This document shows positions 18,447 to 28,651 of a stretch of DNA of 55,323 nucleotides, piece by piece. Every line of letters begins with the position of its first letter. The stretch's first letter is position 1. Made by a program: the position numbers and the translations under genes. Below the pieces are notes generated by a model. The model worked only from the letters and a program-made list of their open reading frames with translations, had not been told where the DNA came from and made no database searches. The stretch lies in assembly GCA_964413365.1 (NCBI GenBank), contig CAYPRM010000001.1, positions 333-55,655 of the forward strand, given 5' to 3'. This DNA is from an uncultured Lachnospiraceae bacterium (GTDB lineage Bacteria > Bacillota > Clostridia > Oscillospirales > CAG-272).

Positions 18447-19190
18447 TCACAATTCGAGTTCATAAACGAGTGCGGCGAGGGCAAATATCGAGGCTGTTTC
18501 CGTTCTCAAAATGCGTTTTCCGAGTCCTATTTGGGAAAATCCTCTCTCCGCCGCAACCTGTGCCTCGGCAGGGGAAAATCCCCCCTCACTCCCGATTATC
18601 ACCGCGATATCGTGAAGCTGCCGCTCGGCTCTGAGGGTGCGAAGGGCGGCTTTCATAGGCACGGTATCCTTTCCCTCGTAGCAGAAAAGCACCGCGTCGC
18701 ACTTGGATGCGGCATCGAAGGCGGTGCGCAGGTCGCAGGTGGGCAGGACCTTTGGTATGACCGCTCTCCTGCACTGCTTTGCCGCCTCATAAGCGATACG
18801 CGATCTGCGTTCGGTCTTGCGCTCCTCCGCCTCGGGCTTGATGCGGACAACACAACGCTCGCTCTCAAAGGGGGTTATATCGTAGACACCGCACTCGACA
18901 GCCTTTTGAATTATGAGGTCGAGCTTGTCCCCCTTCGGCATCGCCTGATAGAGGTGAACACGTGCAGGAAGCTCAGTATCGGAGAGAGTGCGACTGACAA
19001 TCTTAGCACGGACGCAGTTTTCCTCAAAGCTATCAAGTATGCAATCGTATTCATAGCCACTCGCGTCGGAGACGGTGATGTGTTCCCCTGCCGCCATTCT
19101 GAGCGAGCGCGAGATGTGGTGCGCATCGTCGCCCGTGATGCGAACGTGGCTTTCATCTATATATTCATCTGTAACAAAAAATCTCGGCAT
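18447..19190 (-). CDS. rsmE: 16S rRNA m3U1498 methyltransferase
   Basis: HHISRSLRM, KGDKLDLIIQKAVECG, EAAKQC, IGSEGGFS, LGKRILRTETA. Confidence 0.96.
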   Translation of the reverse strand: MPRFFVTDEYIDESHVRITGDDAHHISRSLRMAAGEHITVSDASGYEYDCILDSFEENCVRAKIVSRTLSDTELPARVHLYQAMPKGDKLDLIIQKAVECGVYDITPFESERCVVRIKPEAEERKTERRSRIAYEAAKQCRRAVIPKVLPTCDLRTAFDAASKCDAVLFCYEGKDTVPMKAALRTLRAERQLHDIAVIIGSEGGFSPAEAQVAAERGFSQIGLGKRILRTETASIFALAALVYELEL

Positions 19191-19222
19191 AGCAACTCCT
19201 GCAGAATTTATTTTATATACTT

Positions 19223-19251
19223 ATTATACAATATATACACCATTTTGTCAA
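19223..19251 (-). promoter_or_regulatory. sigma-A promoter for rsmE
   Basis: Perfect TTGACA-17-TATAAT. Confidence 0.8.
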
Positions 19252-19270
19252 AGGTTTTTTACATCAAAAG

Positions 19271-19304
19271 AAAATAAAAAAGGACACGGCAAGCCGTGTC
19301 CTTG
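19271..19304 (-). terminator. intrinsic terminator after the SPFH gene
   Basis: AAGGACACGGC-tt-GCCGTGTCCTT then a T-rich run. Confidence 0.8.
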
Positions 19305-19335
19305 AGTATAAAAATTTATATATGCTTCATCCTTA

Positions 19336-20274
19336 TCATTCAGCCTTGAAGATCTCGGATGCACTGGACGCAAGTCCTGCAAGTCCCTGGATCTCGGAGG
19401 GAATGATGATCTTGGTAGCCTGACCGTCAGCTGCCTTTTCAAATGCCTCAAGGGATCTGATAGCAAGGAACTCCTTCGAAGGCTCGGAGGTGTTGACCAT
19501 CTTGATACCTTCTGCGGTAGCCTGTTGAACCTGAAGAATAGCCTCAGCTTCACCTTCTGCCTCACAGATCATAGCCTCTCTGCGTGCCTCAGCGGCAAGT
19601 ATCTCAGCCTGCTTCTGACCCTCTGCCTCGAGAATCGTAGCCTGCTTGATACCCTCTGCCTTAAGTATAGCGGACTTTCTTTCTGCCTCAGCAAGGATTA
19701 TCTGCTCACGGCGGGTACGCTCAGCGACCATCTGCTTCTCCATGGCATCCTGTATCTGCTTAGGAGGAATGATATTCTGTATCTCAACGCGGGTAACTCT
19801 GAGTCCCCAAGCGTCAGCTGCCTCGTCAAGGATAACTCTCATCTGTGTATTGATGAGATCTCTCGACGTAAGTGTAGCATCAAGCTCGAGATCACCGATA
19901 AGGTTACGGAGAGTAGTAGCGGTGAGCTTAGCGATAGCGTCGATAGGATCCTTATGACCGTAGACGAAAAGCTTACAGTCGGATACCTGATAGAACACTA
20001 CTGCGTCAATTCTCATGCGAACGTTATCCTTAGTGATAACATCCTGCTCGTCTGTATCAAGAACCTGTTCTCTGAGGTCGATTATAGCACGACGTCTTGC
20101 AGGTCTCTCGATAAAGGGGATCTTGATATGAAGTCCCGTGTGCCATGTTCTGGAGTAAACACCGAGTCTCTCCATAACACGTGCTTCACCCTGAGGAACG
20201 ATTCTGAGGTTAGCTATTGCGATAAGAACTGCCAAAAGCAGAAGACCGCCTGCAACAAGAAGTATATCAGTCAT
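19336..20274 (-). CDS. SPFH/band 7 (QmcA/stomatin-like) protein
   Basis: ERLG, VITKDNV, TTLRNLIG, WGLRVTRVEI, AMEKQMVAER, AEG repeats. Confidence 0.95.
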   Translation of the reverse strand: MTDILLVAGGLLLLAVLIAIANLRIVPQGEARVMERLGVYSRTWHTGLHIKIPFIERPARRRAIIDLREQVLDTDEQDVITKDNVRMRIDAVVFYQVSDCKLFVYGHKDPIDAIAKLTATTLRNLIGDLELDATLTSRDLINTQMRVILDEAADAWGLRVTRVEIQNIIPPKQIQDAMEKQMVAERTRREQIILAEAERKSAILKAEGIKQATILEAEGQKQAEILAAEARREAMICEAEGEAEAILQVQQATAEGIKMVNTSEPSKEFLAIRSLEAFEKAADGQATKIIIPSEIQGLAGLASSASEIFKAE

Positions 20275-20291
20275 TTTTTCGTCCTCCTATA

Positions 20292-20765
20292 TTACTTTGT
20301 TACCTTGTCTCTGGAGCAAACGAGTTTGACACCGCTTATATCGCTCACGTAGACAATAGTTCCAGCTTCGATAAAATCATCTTCATCAACCGACATAGCA
20401 CTCCAAATGCCCCACCTGAGCTTCACGAGGCCTTTAACGTGAATATTGGAAATATCCTCGGTTACGATTCCTCTCTCACCGATAAGAGCGGTAAGATTAG
20501 TCTTGCCCTTCTTAGTCCTCTTGAGCTTCTTATTGAATGCGATCTTAAATATAAGAAGCGAAATGAGCGAAACGACCGCAAAAGCTGCGACCTGTATCGC
20601 AAAATCCTTAAGGCTGTCGCCACTCTTAAAGAAGGAAAGCAATAGAGCTACGGCTGCGGCAGGCATAAACCATACCGTTACAACATCGCTTGGTGTACGA
20701 ACCTCAAAAACTATAGCGAGGACGAGAACAACAAGCCACAAAAGACTTAAAGCATATTCAAGCAT
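20292..20765 (-). CDS. NfeD family membrane protein
   Basis: Three TMs then LIGERGIV...GLVKL...WSA...GVKLV OB fold; adjacent to the SPFH gene. Confidence 0.9.
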   Translation of the reverse strand: MLEYALSLLWLVVLVLAIVFEVRTPSDVVTVWFMPAAAVALLLSFFKSGDSLKDFAIQVAAFAVVSLISLLIFKIAFNKKLKRTKKGKTNLTALIGERGIVTEDISNIHVKGLVKLRWGIWSAMSVDEDDFIEAGTIVYVSDISGVKLVCSRDKVTK

Positions 20766-20890
20766 ATATTTTTTCTCCTCTGTTATGTATTAAATATTCA
20801 AACGGTGCGTCCGCCGCCTTTGGGTATCTTGTACAAGAAAGGCCCTCCCAAATTTAGCAAAATACACGGTTCAATATTTTGTGTCATACT

Positions 20891-20919
20891 ATAGTACCAC
20901 ATTTTTTGAGGCGTGTCAA
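20891..20919 (-). promoter_or_regulatory. sigma-A promoter for nfeD-SPFH
   Basis: TTGACA-17-TACTAT with TG extension. Confidence 0.7.
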
Positions 20920-20967
20920 TGTTTTTTTCTGAATTTTTTTTATTTTTTCTTAATTTTTAAAAAAATC

Positions 20968-20996
20968 TTGTGTTGGAGCAAAAAATGTGATATAAT
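20968..20996 (+). promoter_or_regulatory. sigma-A promoter for the lepB operon
   Basis: TTGTGT-17-TATAAT with TG extension. Confidence 0.6.
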
Positions 20997-21037
20997 CTAT
21001 TGATTATAGTTTAGCAATATAAACGGAGGTTGCCAAA

Positions 21038-21643
21038 ATGGAGCACGATGAAATAAATATTCCCGATACGGAGCAGGTCTCCCCACGCGGCGGAAGGGCG
21101 GCTCGGGTTATCGGCAGCATATTCGATACCCTGCTCTGGGCGTTGATCGGTGTGATGATCATTTCCCTTGCCTTTTTCAAGGTGTGCACGGTCAACGGCT
21201 CATCCATGAGAAATACGCTCACCCACGGGCAGAGGCTCGTGATAAGCGATCTTTTCTACACACCAAGCGAGGGTGATATCGTGGTCTTCCACGAGACTGG
21301 TGCACTCAATGAGCCGCTCGTAAAGCGTGTGATCGCTACGGGCGGTAAATGGGTAAAGGTCGATGCGGACGCAGGGCTCGTTTACGTTTCCACCGATCCC
21401 ACGTTTGACGAGAGTGATATCGTGGACGAGAGTGCATATGTCTATCTTGAGGGCGGCACCTACGCATCGAGCGGTCAGCTGACGTGCTACGTGCCCGAGG
21501 GCTACCTCTTCGTTATGGGCGATAACAGGAACAATTCCCTCGACAGCCGCTCGGCATCGGTCGGCGTGGTCGACGAGCGGACGGTGATGGGCAAGGTAAT
21601 ATTCAGCATATACCCGTACAGCACCATCGGAGTGCCGAAATGA
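21038..21643 (+). CDS. lepB: signal peptidase I
   Basis: GSSMRNTL (Ser), VKRVIA (Lys), GDNRNNSLDSR. Confidence 0.95.
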   Translation: MEHDEINIPDTEQVSPRGGRAARVIGSIFDTLLWALIGVMIISLAFFKVCTVNGSSMRNTLTHGQRLVISDLFYTPSEGDIVVFHETGALNEPLVKRVIATGGKWVKVDADAGLVYVSTDPTFDESDIVDESAYVYLEGGTYASSGQLTCYVPEGYLFVMGDNRNNSLDSRSASVGVVDERTVMGKVIFSIYPYSTIGVPK

Positions 21644-21678
21644 TAACATAATTATAAATATAGAAACGGAGACACAGG

Positions 21679-22539
21679 ATGCCATCTGAACAGATACAGT
21701 GGTTCCCCGGGCACATGGCGAAAACGCGCCGAATGATCTCGGAGAATCTCAAAAACGTAGATGTAGTTATAGAGCTACTTGACGCGCGCATACCCAAAAG
21801 CTCGCGCAATCCCGAAATAGCAAGGCTCACCGCGGGCAAGCCACATATAATACTTCTGAACAAGACCTCCCTTGCAGATCCCGAAATGACCTCCCTCTGG
21901 TGCAAGCACTACTCGAGCGAGGACACCTATTGCATACCGACGGACTGCGTCAGCGGCACGGGTATTCCTCGGATCAAGGAAACGGTCGATACCCTTCTTG
22001 CGGAAAAAATAGCGAGATACGATTCCAAGGGCATGAGCGGCAGGAGGCTCAAGGCGATGATCGTTGGAATTCCCAACGTCGGCAAGTCCTCACTCATCAA
22101 CAAAATATGCGGCGGTAAGAAGGCTAAGGTCGAGAACCGCCCCGGTGTCACGCTCGACAAGCAATGGGTATCGACGAGCATAGGGCTTGATCTTATGGAT
22201 ATGCCTGGTGTGCTCTGGCCCAAGTTCGACGACCGCACCACGGGAGAAAATCTTGCACTCACAGGGGCGATCAAGGATAAGATACTTGATACCGAAACAC
22301 TCGGGCTCGTGCTCTGCAGAAGACTGCGTGCCCTCTATCCCGAGCTTCTTATCGCAAGGTACAAGCTCGGTGATATAGATATAACGGATATGACCGATCT
22401 TGAAATATTTGACGAGATAGGAAGACGTCGCGGATTTATGATGCGTGGCGGAGAGATAGATTACGAGCGGACCGCAAATATGCTACTTGACGAGCTCAGG
22501 AGCGGCAGGATCGGCAGGATAACGCTTGACAGAATATAA
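21679..22539 (+). CDS. rbgA: ribosome biogenesis GTPase RbgA/YlqF
   Basis: IQWFPGHMAK, DARIP, GIPNVGKSS, PGVT, DMPGVLWPK. Confidence 0.97.
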   Translation: MPSEQIQWFPGHMAKTRRMISENLKNVDVVIELLDARIPKSSRNPEIARLTAGKPHIILLNKTSLADPEMTSLWCKHYSSEDTYCIPTDCVSGTGIPRIKETVDTLLAEKIARYDSKGMSGRRLKAMIVGIPNVGKSSLINKICGGKKAKVENRPGVTLDKQWVSTSIGLDLMDMPGVLWPKFDDRTTGENLALTGAIKDKILDTETLGLVLCRRLRALYPELLIARYKLGDIDITDMTDLEIFDEIGRRRGFMMRGGEIDYERTANMLLDELRSGRIGRITLDRI

Positions 22540-22555
22540 GATAGGAATATAAATT

Positions 22556-23161
22556 ATGCTGGAATACACTATTGAGCAGGAGCTCACGGAGCGCGGATAT
22601 GTAAGCATCTGCGGCGTTGACGAGGCAGGCAGAGGACCTCTGTGCGGTCCCGTTTTTGCGGCGGCGTGCATACTCCCGATGGGGCTCGTGATAGACGGGC
22701 TCAACGATTCAAAGAAGCTCTCCGCCAAGCGTCGCAGTGAGCTATCGGATATAATAAAGGCTAATGCTATCGCCTACTGCATCGCGCAGGCAAGCGTCAG
22801 CGAGATAGACGAGCTGAACATACTCGAGGCGGATATGCTCGCTATGCGCAGAGCCGTTGAGGGACTCTCACAGCGTGCGGATTTTGCCATAATCGACGGA
22901 AACGTCAGCCGTGGCTTTGAGATACCGACCATGACGCTGATCAAGGGCGATGCGACCTCCCCGTCCGTTGCCGCCGCGTCGATACTTGCCAAGGTTGCAA
23001 GGGACGAGCTCTGCATCGAGATGGACAGGCAGTATCCCGAGTACGGAATTGCCAAAAACAAGGGCTACGGAACGCGCGAGCATATGGACGCTCTCAGAAA
23101 ATACGGTCCCTCGCCCATACACAGAAAAAAATTTATAAGATTTTTGGATAGCGATAAATAA
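22556..23161 (+). CDS. rnhB: ribonuclease HII
   Basis: GVDEAGRGPL, LNDSKKL, AAASILAKVARD, KGYGT. Confidence 0.97.
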   Translation: MLEYTIEQELTERGYVSICGVDEAGRGPLCGPVFAAACILPMGLVIDGLNDSKKLSAKRRSELSDIIKANAIAYCIAQASVSEIDELNILEADMLAMRRAVEGLSQRADFAIIDGNVSRGFEIPTMTLIKGDATSPSVAAASILAKVARDELCIEMDRQYPEYGIAKNKGYGTREHMDALRKYGPSPIHRKKFIRFLDSDK

Positions 23162-23162
23162 T

Positions 23163-23555
23163 ATGAGAAACACCACCGACGTCGGAAGATACGGAGAGAG
23201 CGTAGCCTGCTTCTATCTTCAGAGCAAGAAATACAAGATCATAGAGCAAAATTATTATGCATCCCACAACGAGATAGACATCATTGCCGAGAACAAAAAA
23301 TATATTATCTTCGTGGAGGTCAAGACGCGCTCCTGCGCAGGAGAACGGGACCTCGCCTTCGGCACGCCCGCTATGGCGGTAACGGTATCGAAGCAGAGAC
23401 GCACGCTTGCCGCTGCGCAGGCGTATCTCATAGATCATCCGACGAAAAAGACGCCGAGAATGGACGTCGTGGAGGTCTATCTTTCAAAGCCCCGATTCGG
23501 AGAGCCTGCCGAGGTTCTAAAAATAAATCATATAGAGGATGCATATTCATACTGA
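23163..23555 (+). CDS. YraN family protein (UPF0102)
   Basis: GRYGE..A, EIDII, FVEVKTR, RMDVVEV. Confidence 0.93.
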   Translation: MRNTTDVGRYGESVACFYLQSKKYKIIEQNYYASHNEIDIIAENKKYIIFVEVKTRSCAGERDLAFGTPAMAVTVSKQRRTLAAAQAYLIDHPTKKTPRMDVVEVYLSKPRFGEPAEVLKINHIEDAYSY

Positions 23556-24487
23556 TGAAGCTTTTTGATCTGCATTGTGATACGGCGACACGGCTCTTAT
23601 CGGAGCATCAGTCGCTCACGGAAAATACCTTTCATATTTCCCTCTCCGCCGCACGCTCGCTTGAGTCCTACGCTCAGGTGATGGCGGTCTGGACGGACGC
23701 GCGCCTTTCTGACGCTTTAGGATATGCGAGATTCCATGAGGTCGTAAAAAACCTGCGTCGCGAGATCTTGCAGGCGTCCGACCTTGCCGCACTTGTAGCG
23801 GACGCAGACGGACTTTGTGATGCTCTTGCGTCCGGCAAGGTGGCGATGATACTCTCCGTTGAGGACGCGAGGATACTTGAGGGCGATCTCTCAAGGCTCG
23901 ACGTGCTGAGAGCGGAGGGAGTTCGGACGCTGACGCTGAATTGGAGCGGTGTTACCTGCATTGGCGGCGCCCACGATACGGACGTCGGGCTGTCGGAATT
24001 CGGTCGCACCGTTGTCGAGAGGTGCTTTGATATCGGGATCGTGCCCGACGTCTCCCACTGCTCCCACCGCGGAACGAGTGAGGTGATCGCTCTTGCACGT
24101 GAGCGTTCCCTGCCGATAATTGCGAGCCATTCCGATTCCTATACCCCAACCCCCCACACGAGAAATCTGCGTGATGAGAATTTTCTTGCGATACGCGATC
24201 TTCACGGGCTCGTCGGCATAAATCTCTGCCCGACGCATCTGAGGGACGGCGGCGATGCTGCACTCTGCGACGTGATACGCCACATCGAGCACTATCTCTC
24301 ACTCGGCGGTGAGGAAGTAATTGCGATGGGCTGTGATCTTGACGGGACCTCCCTGCCACGCGGCTTTTCGGGGCTATCGGACATTCCGAGCATCGCAGAG
24401 GAGCTGGCAAGGCTGAATTATTCGAATACACTTATTGAGCGTATTACATACGGAAATGCACTTGATTTTTTCAAAAGGAGCTTATAA
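23555..24487 (+). CDS. membrane dipeptidase (M19 family)
   Basis: DLHCDT, DVSH, IASHS, RNLRDE, GCDLDG. Confidence 0.92.
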   Translation: MKLFDLHCDTATRLLSEHQSLTENTFHISLSAARSLESYAQVMAVWTDARLSDALGYARFHEVVKNLRREILQASDLAALVADADGLCDALASGKVAMILSVEDARILEGDLSRLDVLRAEGVRTLTLNWSGVTCIGGAHDTDVGLSEFGRTVVERCFDIGIVPDVSHCSHRGTSEVIALARERSLPIIASHSDSYTPTPHTRNLRDENFLAIRDLHGLVGINLCPTHLRDGGDAALCDVIRHIEHYLSLGGEEVIAMGCDLDGTSLPRGFSGLSDIPSIAEELARLNYSNTLIERITYGNALDFFKRSL

Positions 24488-24490
24488 ATT

Positions 24491-26002
24491 ATGAAATTTT
24501 ACAGCACGCGCGACGAGAAGAGACGTGAATATTCGCCGACCGAGGTCATAAAGCTCGGGCTTGCTCCCGACGGCGGACTTTTTGTGCCCGAAAGTATACC
24601 CACGCTCACTCTCGCCGAGATCGAAAGACTCGGCGCGCTCACCTATCCCGAGCTTTCCGCGAGCATTTTATCAATGTTCTTTACAGATTTTACTTATGAC
24701 GAGATACTGTCGGACTGCCGCTCTGCATATTCGCAGGAGAGCTTTGTGCCCGAGGTATGTCCGCTCGTAAGGGCGAATGACGGCACGTATCTCTTAGAGC
24801 TTTGGCACGGGCCGAGCTGCGCCTTTAAGGATGTGGCACTTCAGCTGATGCCCCGTCTGTTTTCGCGTGCGATGAGGCATAGCGGCGAGAGCAGACGTGC
24901 GCTCGTGCTCGTTGCGACCTCGGGCGACACGGGAAAGGCGGCTCTCGAGGGCTATTCCGATGTGGACGGCACGGATATTGCTGTATTCTACCCCGACGGC
25001 GGCGTCAGCGAGATACAGAGGCTTCAGATGGTAACACAAAGTGGCTCGAACGTCTGCGTCTGCGGTGTGAGGGGCAATTTTGACGATATTCAGAGCGCGG
25101 TCAAGCGTGTTTTCTCCGATCCCGAGATAAATTCTACGCTCTCGGAGCTCGGCTACTTCCTCACGAGTGCAAATTCGATAAATTTCGCGCGCTTTGCTCC
25201 GCAGATACCCTATTATTTCAAGGCATACTGCGAGCTTTTGCACCGTGGCGAGATAAAGCTCGGCGAGAGGATCGCGATATGCGTTCCGACGGGCAATTTC
25301 GGTAATATACTTGCCGCCTACGTGGCAGGGCTTATGGGACTTCCCGTTGAGAGACTGATCTGCGCATCAAATGCCAACAGTGTGCTGACGGAATTTTTCT
25401 CCTGCGGACGCTATAACAGAGGCAGGGATTTTTACACGACTGTCTCGCCCTCTATGGATATACTTATCTCGAGCAATCTTGAAAGACTGCTCTACTACGT
25501 CTGCGGAGCATCCCGCACAGCGGAATATATGTCCGACCTGCAGAAAAACGGCGAATACACGCTGACGGACGCCGAGATGTCCGAGATACGCAGGATGATA
25601 TCGGGCTATTGCGCGGACGATGCCCTGACGCTTGAAACTATTGCGAGGTATTATGGGGAGTACGGCTACCTTGCAGACACGCATACCGCCGTGGCACTCT
25701 CGGCACTTGATCAGCATAGAGCATCGGATCCCTCCGCATCAGATGTAAAAGCTGTGGTCGCATCCACGGCAAGCCCGTATAAATTCGCCACGAGCGTTTA
25801 TTCCGCACTCTTCCCCGCGTCGGATATACCGCAAGGAGGAGTCGAGGTGCTGAATGATCTCTCTGACGCCACGGGCACGGAAATACCGATGCCCCTGCGC
25901 GATCTTGACAAGAGAGAGGTAAGGTTTACGGAGTGTATCCTGCCCTCGGAGATAGGTGCGAGAGCTATCGAATACGTAAAGCAAAAGGGCGCGAAAAAAT
26001 AA
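24491..26002 (+). CDS. thrC: threonine synthase
   Basis: GLAPDGGLF, ELWHGPSCAFKD (PLP Lys), ATSGDTG, NSIN, PTGNFG, SPSMDILISSNLERL. Confidence 0.96.
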   Translation: MKFYSTRDEKRREYSPTEVIKLGLAPDGGLFVPESIPTLTLAEIERLGALTYPELSASILSMFFTDFTYDEILSDCRSAYSQESFVPEVCPLVRANDGTYLLELWHGPSCAFKDVALQLMPRLFSRAMRHSGESRRALVLVATSGDTGKAALEGYSDVDGTDIAVFYPDGGVSEIQRLQMVTQSGSNVCVCGVRGNFDDIQSAVKRVFSDPEINSTLSELGYFLTSANSINFARFAPQIPYYFKAYCELLHRGEIKLGERIAICVPTGNFGNILAAYVAGLMGLPVERLICASNANSVLTEFFSCGRYNRGRDFYTTVSPSMDILISSNLERLLYYVCGASRTAEYMSDLQKNGEYTLTDAEMSEIRRMISGYCADDALTLETIARYYGEYGYLADTHTAVALSALDQHRASDPSASDVKAVVASTASPYKFATSVYSALFPASDIPQGGVEVLNDLSDATGTEIPMPLRDLDKREVRFTECILPSEIGARAIEYVKQKGAKK

Positions 26003-26047
26003 AGCATACCTCGTAGAGATATGCTTATCGGAATATTCGCTTACCCG

Positions 26048-26233
26048 TTATTCGGCTCTGTTCTTAAAGGTCGTACAGAGCGTTTCACCGCTGACCTGTG
26101 CGCGATCGGGACCTACCTTGATGTGCCCCGCACAGCATTTTCCGTTCGCCTCGTGGTACGCACAGCTCGTAACATCGCAGGTTATGCCCTTGATCACCTT
26201 GGAGCCACAGCCGCAATTTCTCTCATTATTCAT
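26048..26233 (-). CDS. DUF1540 domain small Cys-rich protein
   Basis: ITCDVTSCAYH...CCAGHIKVG...TLCTTF; GGGAG RBS. Confidence 0.85.
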   Translation of the reverse strand: MNNERNCGCGSKVIKGITCDVTSCAYHEANGKCCAGHIKVGPDRAQVSGETLCTTFKNRAE

Positions 26234-26289
26234 AGCACTACTCCCATCCGCCGTAAGGCTTAAAAAATTTTTGAGATTTCTCTCGCAGA

Positions 26290-26319
26290 TAGTATCTGCA
26301 AAAAAGCTTTATCCTATAC
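26290..26319 (-). promoter_or_regulatory. sigma-G/F-type promoter for the DUF1540 gene
   Basis: GTATA-18-GATACTA. Confidence 0.55.
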
Positions 26320-26335
26320 ACGAAAGGAGCACTTA

Positions 26336-27064
26336 ATGTCGCTGTACGTAATATCGGATCTTCATCTTTCGACGAACGAGATGACGAATAAGTCCATGGA
26401 AAGGTTTGGGCCAAGATGGAGCAATTACCACACAAAGCTCGAGCGTAGCTTTCGGGCGATAATCAATCCCGACGATACAGTTGTTATCCCCGGGGATATA
26501 TCGTGGGCTATGACGCTCGATGAGGCACTCTCCGACTTCAAATTTCTCGATTCCCTACCCGGTACGAAGATCATCGGTAAGGGGAATCACGATTTCTGGT
26601 GGTCGACCGCATCAAAAATACATACATTTTTCGAGGCGAACGGGATAACCACGGTAAAGCTCCTTCACAACAACGCCTATATGCTCGAGGACTGCATCAT
26701 TTGCGGCTCACGCGGCTGGTTCTACGACGAAAAGCAGCAGAGGACGGTCGGCGAGGTCGATTACGATAAGATCATCGCACGCGAGGCGCAAAGGCTCGAG
26801 ATCAGCATAAAGGCGGCGCTTGAGCTATCGGCTCTGCGTCCCGAGCTTCCGATACTCTGCTTTTTGCACTTCCCTCCCGTTTTCGGCGACCTTGTGTGCG
26901 ACAAAATACTCGACGTGATCAAGAAATACGGTATCAAGACCTGCTATTACGGTCATATACACAACAATTATTCGATACCGAGACAATTTGAATATGACGG
27001 CGTTACCTTCGTTATGGTGGCGGCGGATTATCTGAATTTCGTCCCTATGCCGGTATTTCTTTAA
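26336..27064 (+). CDS. metallophosphoesterase (calcineurin-like)
   Basis: SDLH, PGDISW, GNHD, LHFPP, YGHIH all intact. Confidence 0.92.
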   Translation: MSLYVISDLHLSTNEMTNKSMERFGPRWSNYHTKLERSFRAIINPDDTVVIPGDISWAMTLDEALSDFKFLDSLPGTKIIGKGNHDFWWSTASKIHTFFEANGITTVKLLHNNAYMLEDCIICGSRGWFYDEKQQRTVGEVDYDKIIAREAQRLEISIKAALELSALRPELPILCFLHFPPVFGDLVCDKILDVIKKYGIKTCYYGHIHNNYSIPRQFEYDGVTFVMVAADYLNFVPMPVFL

Positions 27065-27114
27065 TTTTTCGTCTTTTTTATTGGCTTTTCACCTGTCTTT
27101 TTGCAAAAAACAAC

Positions 27115-27143
27115 TTGACTTTTTGACAGGAATTATATATAAT
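27115..27143 (+). promoter_or_regulatory. sigma-A promoter for tig-clpP-clpX
   Basis: TTGACT-17-TATAAT. Confidence 0.72.
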
Positions 27144-27176
27144 GTGTTATGTAAAAAATCTTGGAGGATTTAAAAA

Positions 27177-28601
27177 ATGAAACTTATCAAAAATGAAAAG
27201 CTCGAGGGCAGCAAGGCGGAACTTCACTTTTCCGTAGAGCAGTCCGTTTTCGAGGCAGCCTGCGAGCGCGCTTACAAAAAGGAAGTTAAGAAGCTTAACG
27301 TTCCCGGATTCAGAAAGGGCAAGGCACCCAGAGCAATGATCGAGAAGATCTACGGCAAGAGCTTCTTCTACGATACCGCTATCAATGATATCCTTCCCGA
27401 TGCATACGAGGCAGCAGTTAAGGAGGCAGGCATTGATCCCGTGGCACAGCCCGAGATAGATATCCTTTCTCTTGACGAGAACGGCGTCGTATTCACCGCA
27501 AAGGTATTCGTAAAGCCCGAGGTATCCATTGACGGCTATTTCGGCATCGAGGTCACCAAGGAGGTCGCTCCCGTTACCGACGAGGAGATCGACAAGGAGC
27601 TTCAGCTCGTAAGAGAGAGAAACAGCCGCGAGAGCGATGCTAACGATCGCCCCGCAGAGCTTGGCGATACCGCTGTTATCGACTTCGAGGGCTTCGTTGA
27701 CGGCGTTGCATTCGACGGCGGTAAGGGCGAGGATTACGCGCTCAAGCTCGGCTCAGGTCAGTTCATCCCCGGCTTCGAGGATCAGATCGTGGGACACAGC
27801 GTTGACGACGAGTTCGACGTAAACGTTACCTTCCCCGAGGACTACCACGCTGAGGAGCTTGCAGGCAAGGCTTCCGTATTCAAGGTAAAGCTCCACGCAC
27901 TCACCAAGGTCGAGCTTCCCGAGCTTGACGACGAGTTCGCTAAGGATGTTTCCGAATTCGATACTCTTGATGAATACAAGGCTGATCTTAAGTCAAAAAT
28001 CGAAAGCAGACACGAGACAAGTGCGCAGAATGCAGTTGACGGTCAGATAATGGACGCGCTCGTTGCAAGGCTCGTAGCCGAGATCCCCGAGCCCATGTTC
28101 GAGACCGAGGCTGAGAACTTCGTTCGCGATTACGACAACCAGCTCAGAATGCAGGGACTTGATCTCCAGACATATCTCAAGTACACAGGCATGACCGAGG
28201 AATCTCTCCGCACCCAGTTCCGTCCGCAGGCAGAGATGCAGGTAAAGCTCAGACTCGCGCTCGAGAAGATCGCAGAGCTTGAGGGCATCGTTCCCTCCGA
28301 GGACGACGTGAACGGCGAGTATACAAGGATCGCCGAGGCTTACGGCATCGACGTTGAGCAGGTCAAGGCTTCCATTCATCCCTCCTATATCACAGAGGAT
28401 ATGAAGGTCAAGCTTGCACTTGACGCAGTTAAGGAAAAGACCGTAGTCAAGGCTCCCGCAAAGAAGAAGGCTACGAGAAAGTCCGCTCCCAAGGCTGAGA
28501 CTGTTGAGGGTGAGACTGCAGAGGCTGATGCTGAGGTAAAGCCCGCTAAGAAGCCCAGAAAGTCCACAAAGAAGACCGCGAGCGAGGAAACAGAGGCTTA
28601 A
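27177..28601 (+). CDS. tig: trigger factor
   Basis: [14 protein letters not shown] domain [25 protein letters not shown]; Lys/Ala-rich C-terminal tail. Confidence 0.97.
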   Translation: MKLIKNEKLEGSKAELHFSVEQSVFEAACERAYKKEVKKLNVPGFRKGKAPRAMIEKIYGKSFFYDTAINDILPDAYEAAVKEAGIDPVAQPEIDILSLDENGVVFTAKVFVKPEVSIDGYFGIEVTKEVAPVTDEEIDKELQLVRERNSRESDANDRPAELGDTAVIDFEGFVDGVAFDGGKGEDYALKLGSGQFIPGFEDQIVGHSVDDEFDVNVTFPEDYHAEELAGKASVFKVKLHALTKVELPELDDEFAKDVSEFDTLDEYKADLKSKIESRHETSAQNAVDGQIMDALVARLVAEIPEPMFETEAENFVRDYDNQLRMQGLDLQTYLKYTGMTEESLRTQFRPQAEMQVKLRLALEKIAELEGIVPSEDDVNGEYTRIAEAYGIDVEQVKASIHPSYITEDMKVKLALDAVKEKTVVKAPAKKKATRKSAPKAETVEGETAEADAEVKPAKKPRKSTKKTASEETEA

Positions 28602-28651
28602 TTCACTTCCCCTCGGCGACTGATAAATCTATTTATAAGGAGGTCATTAAC

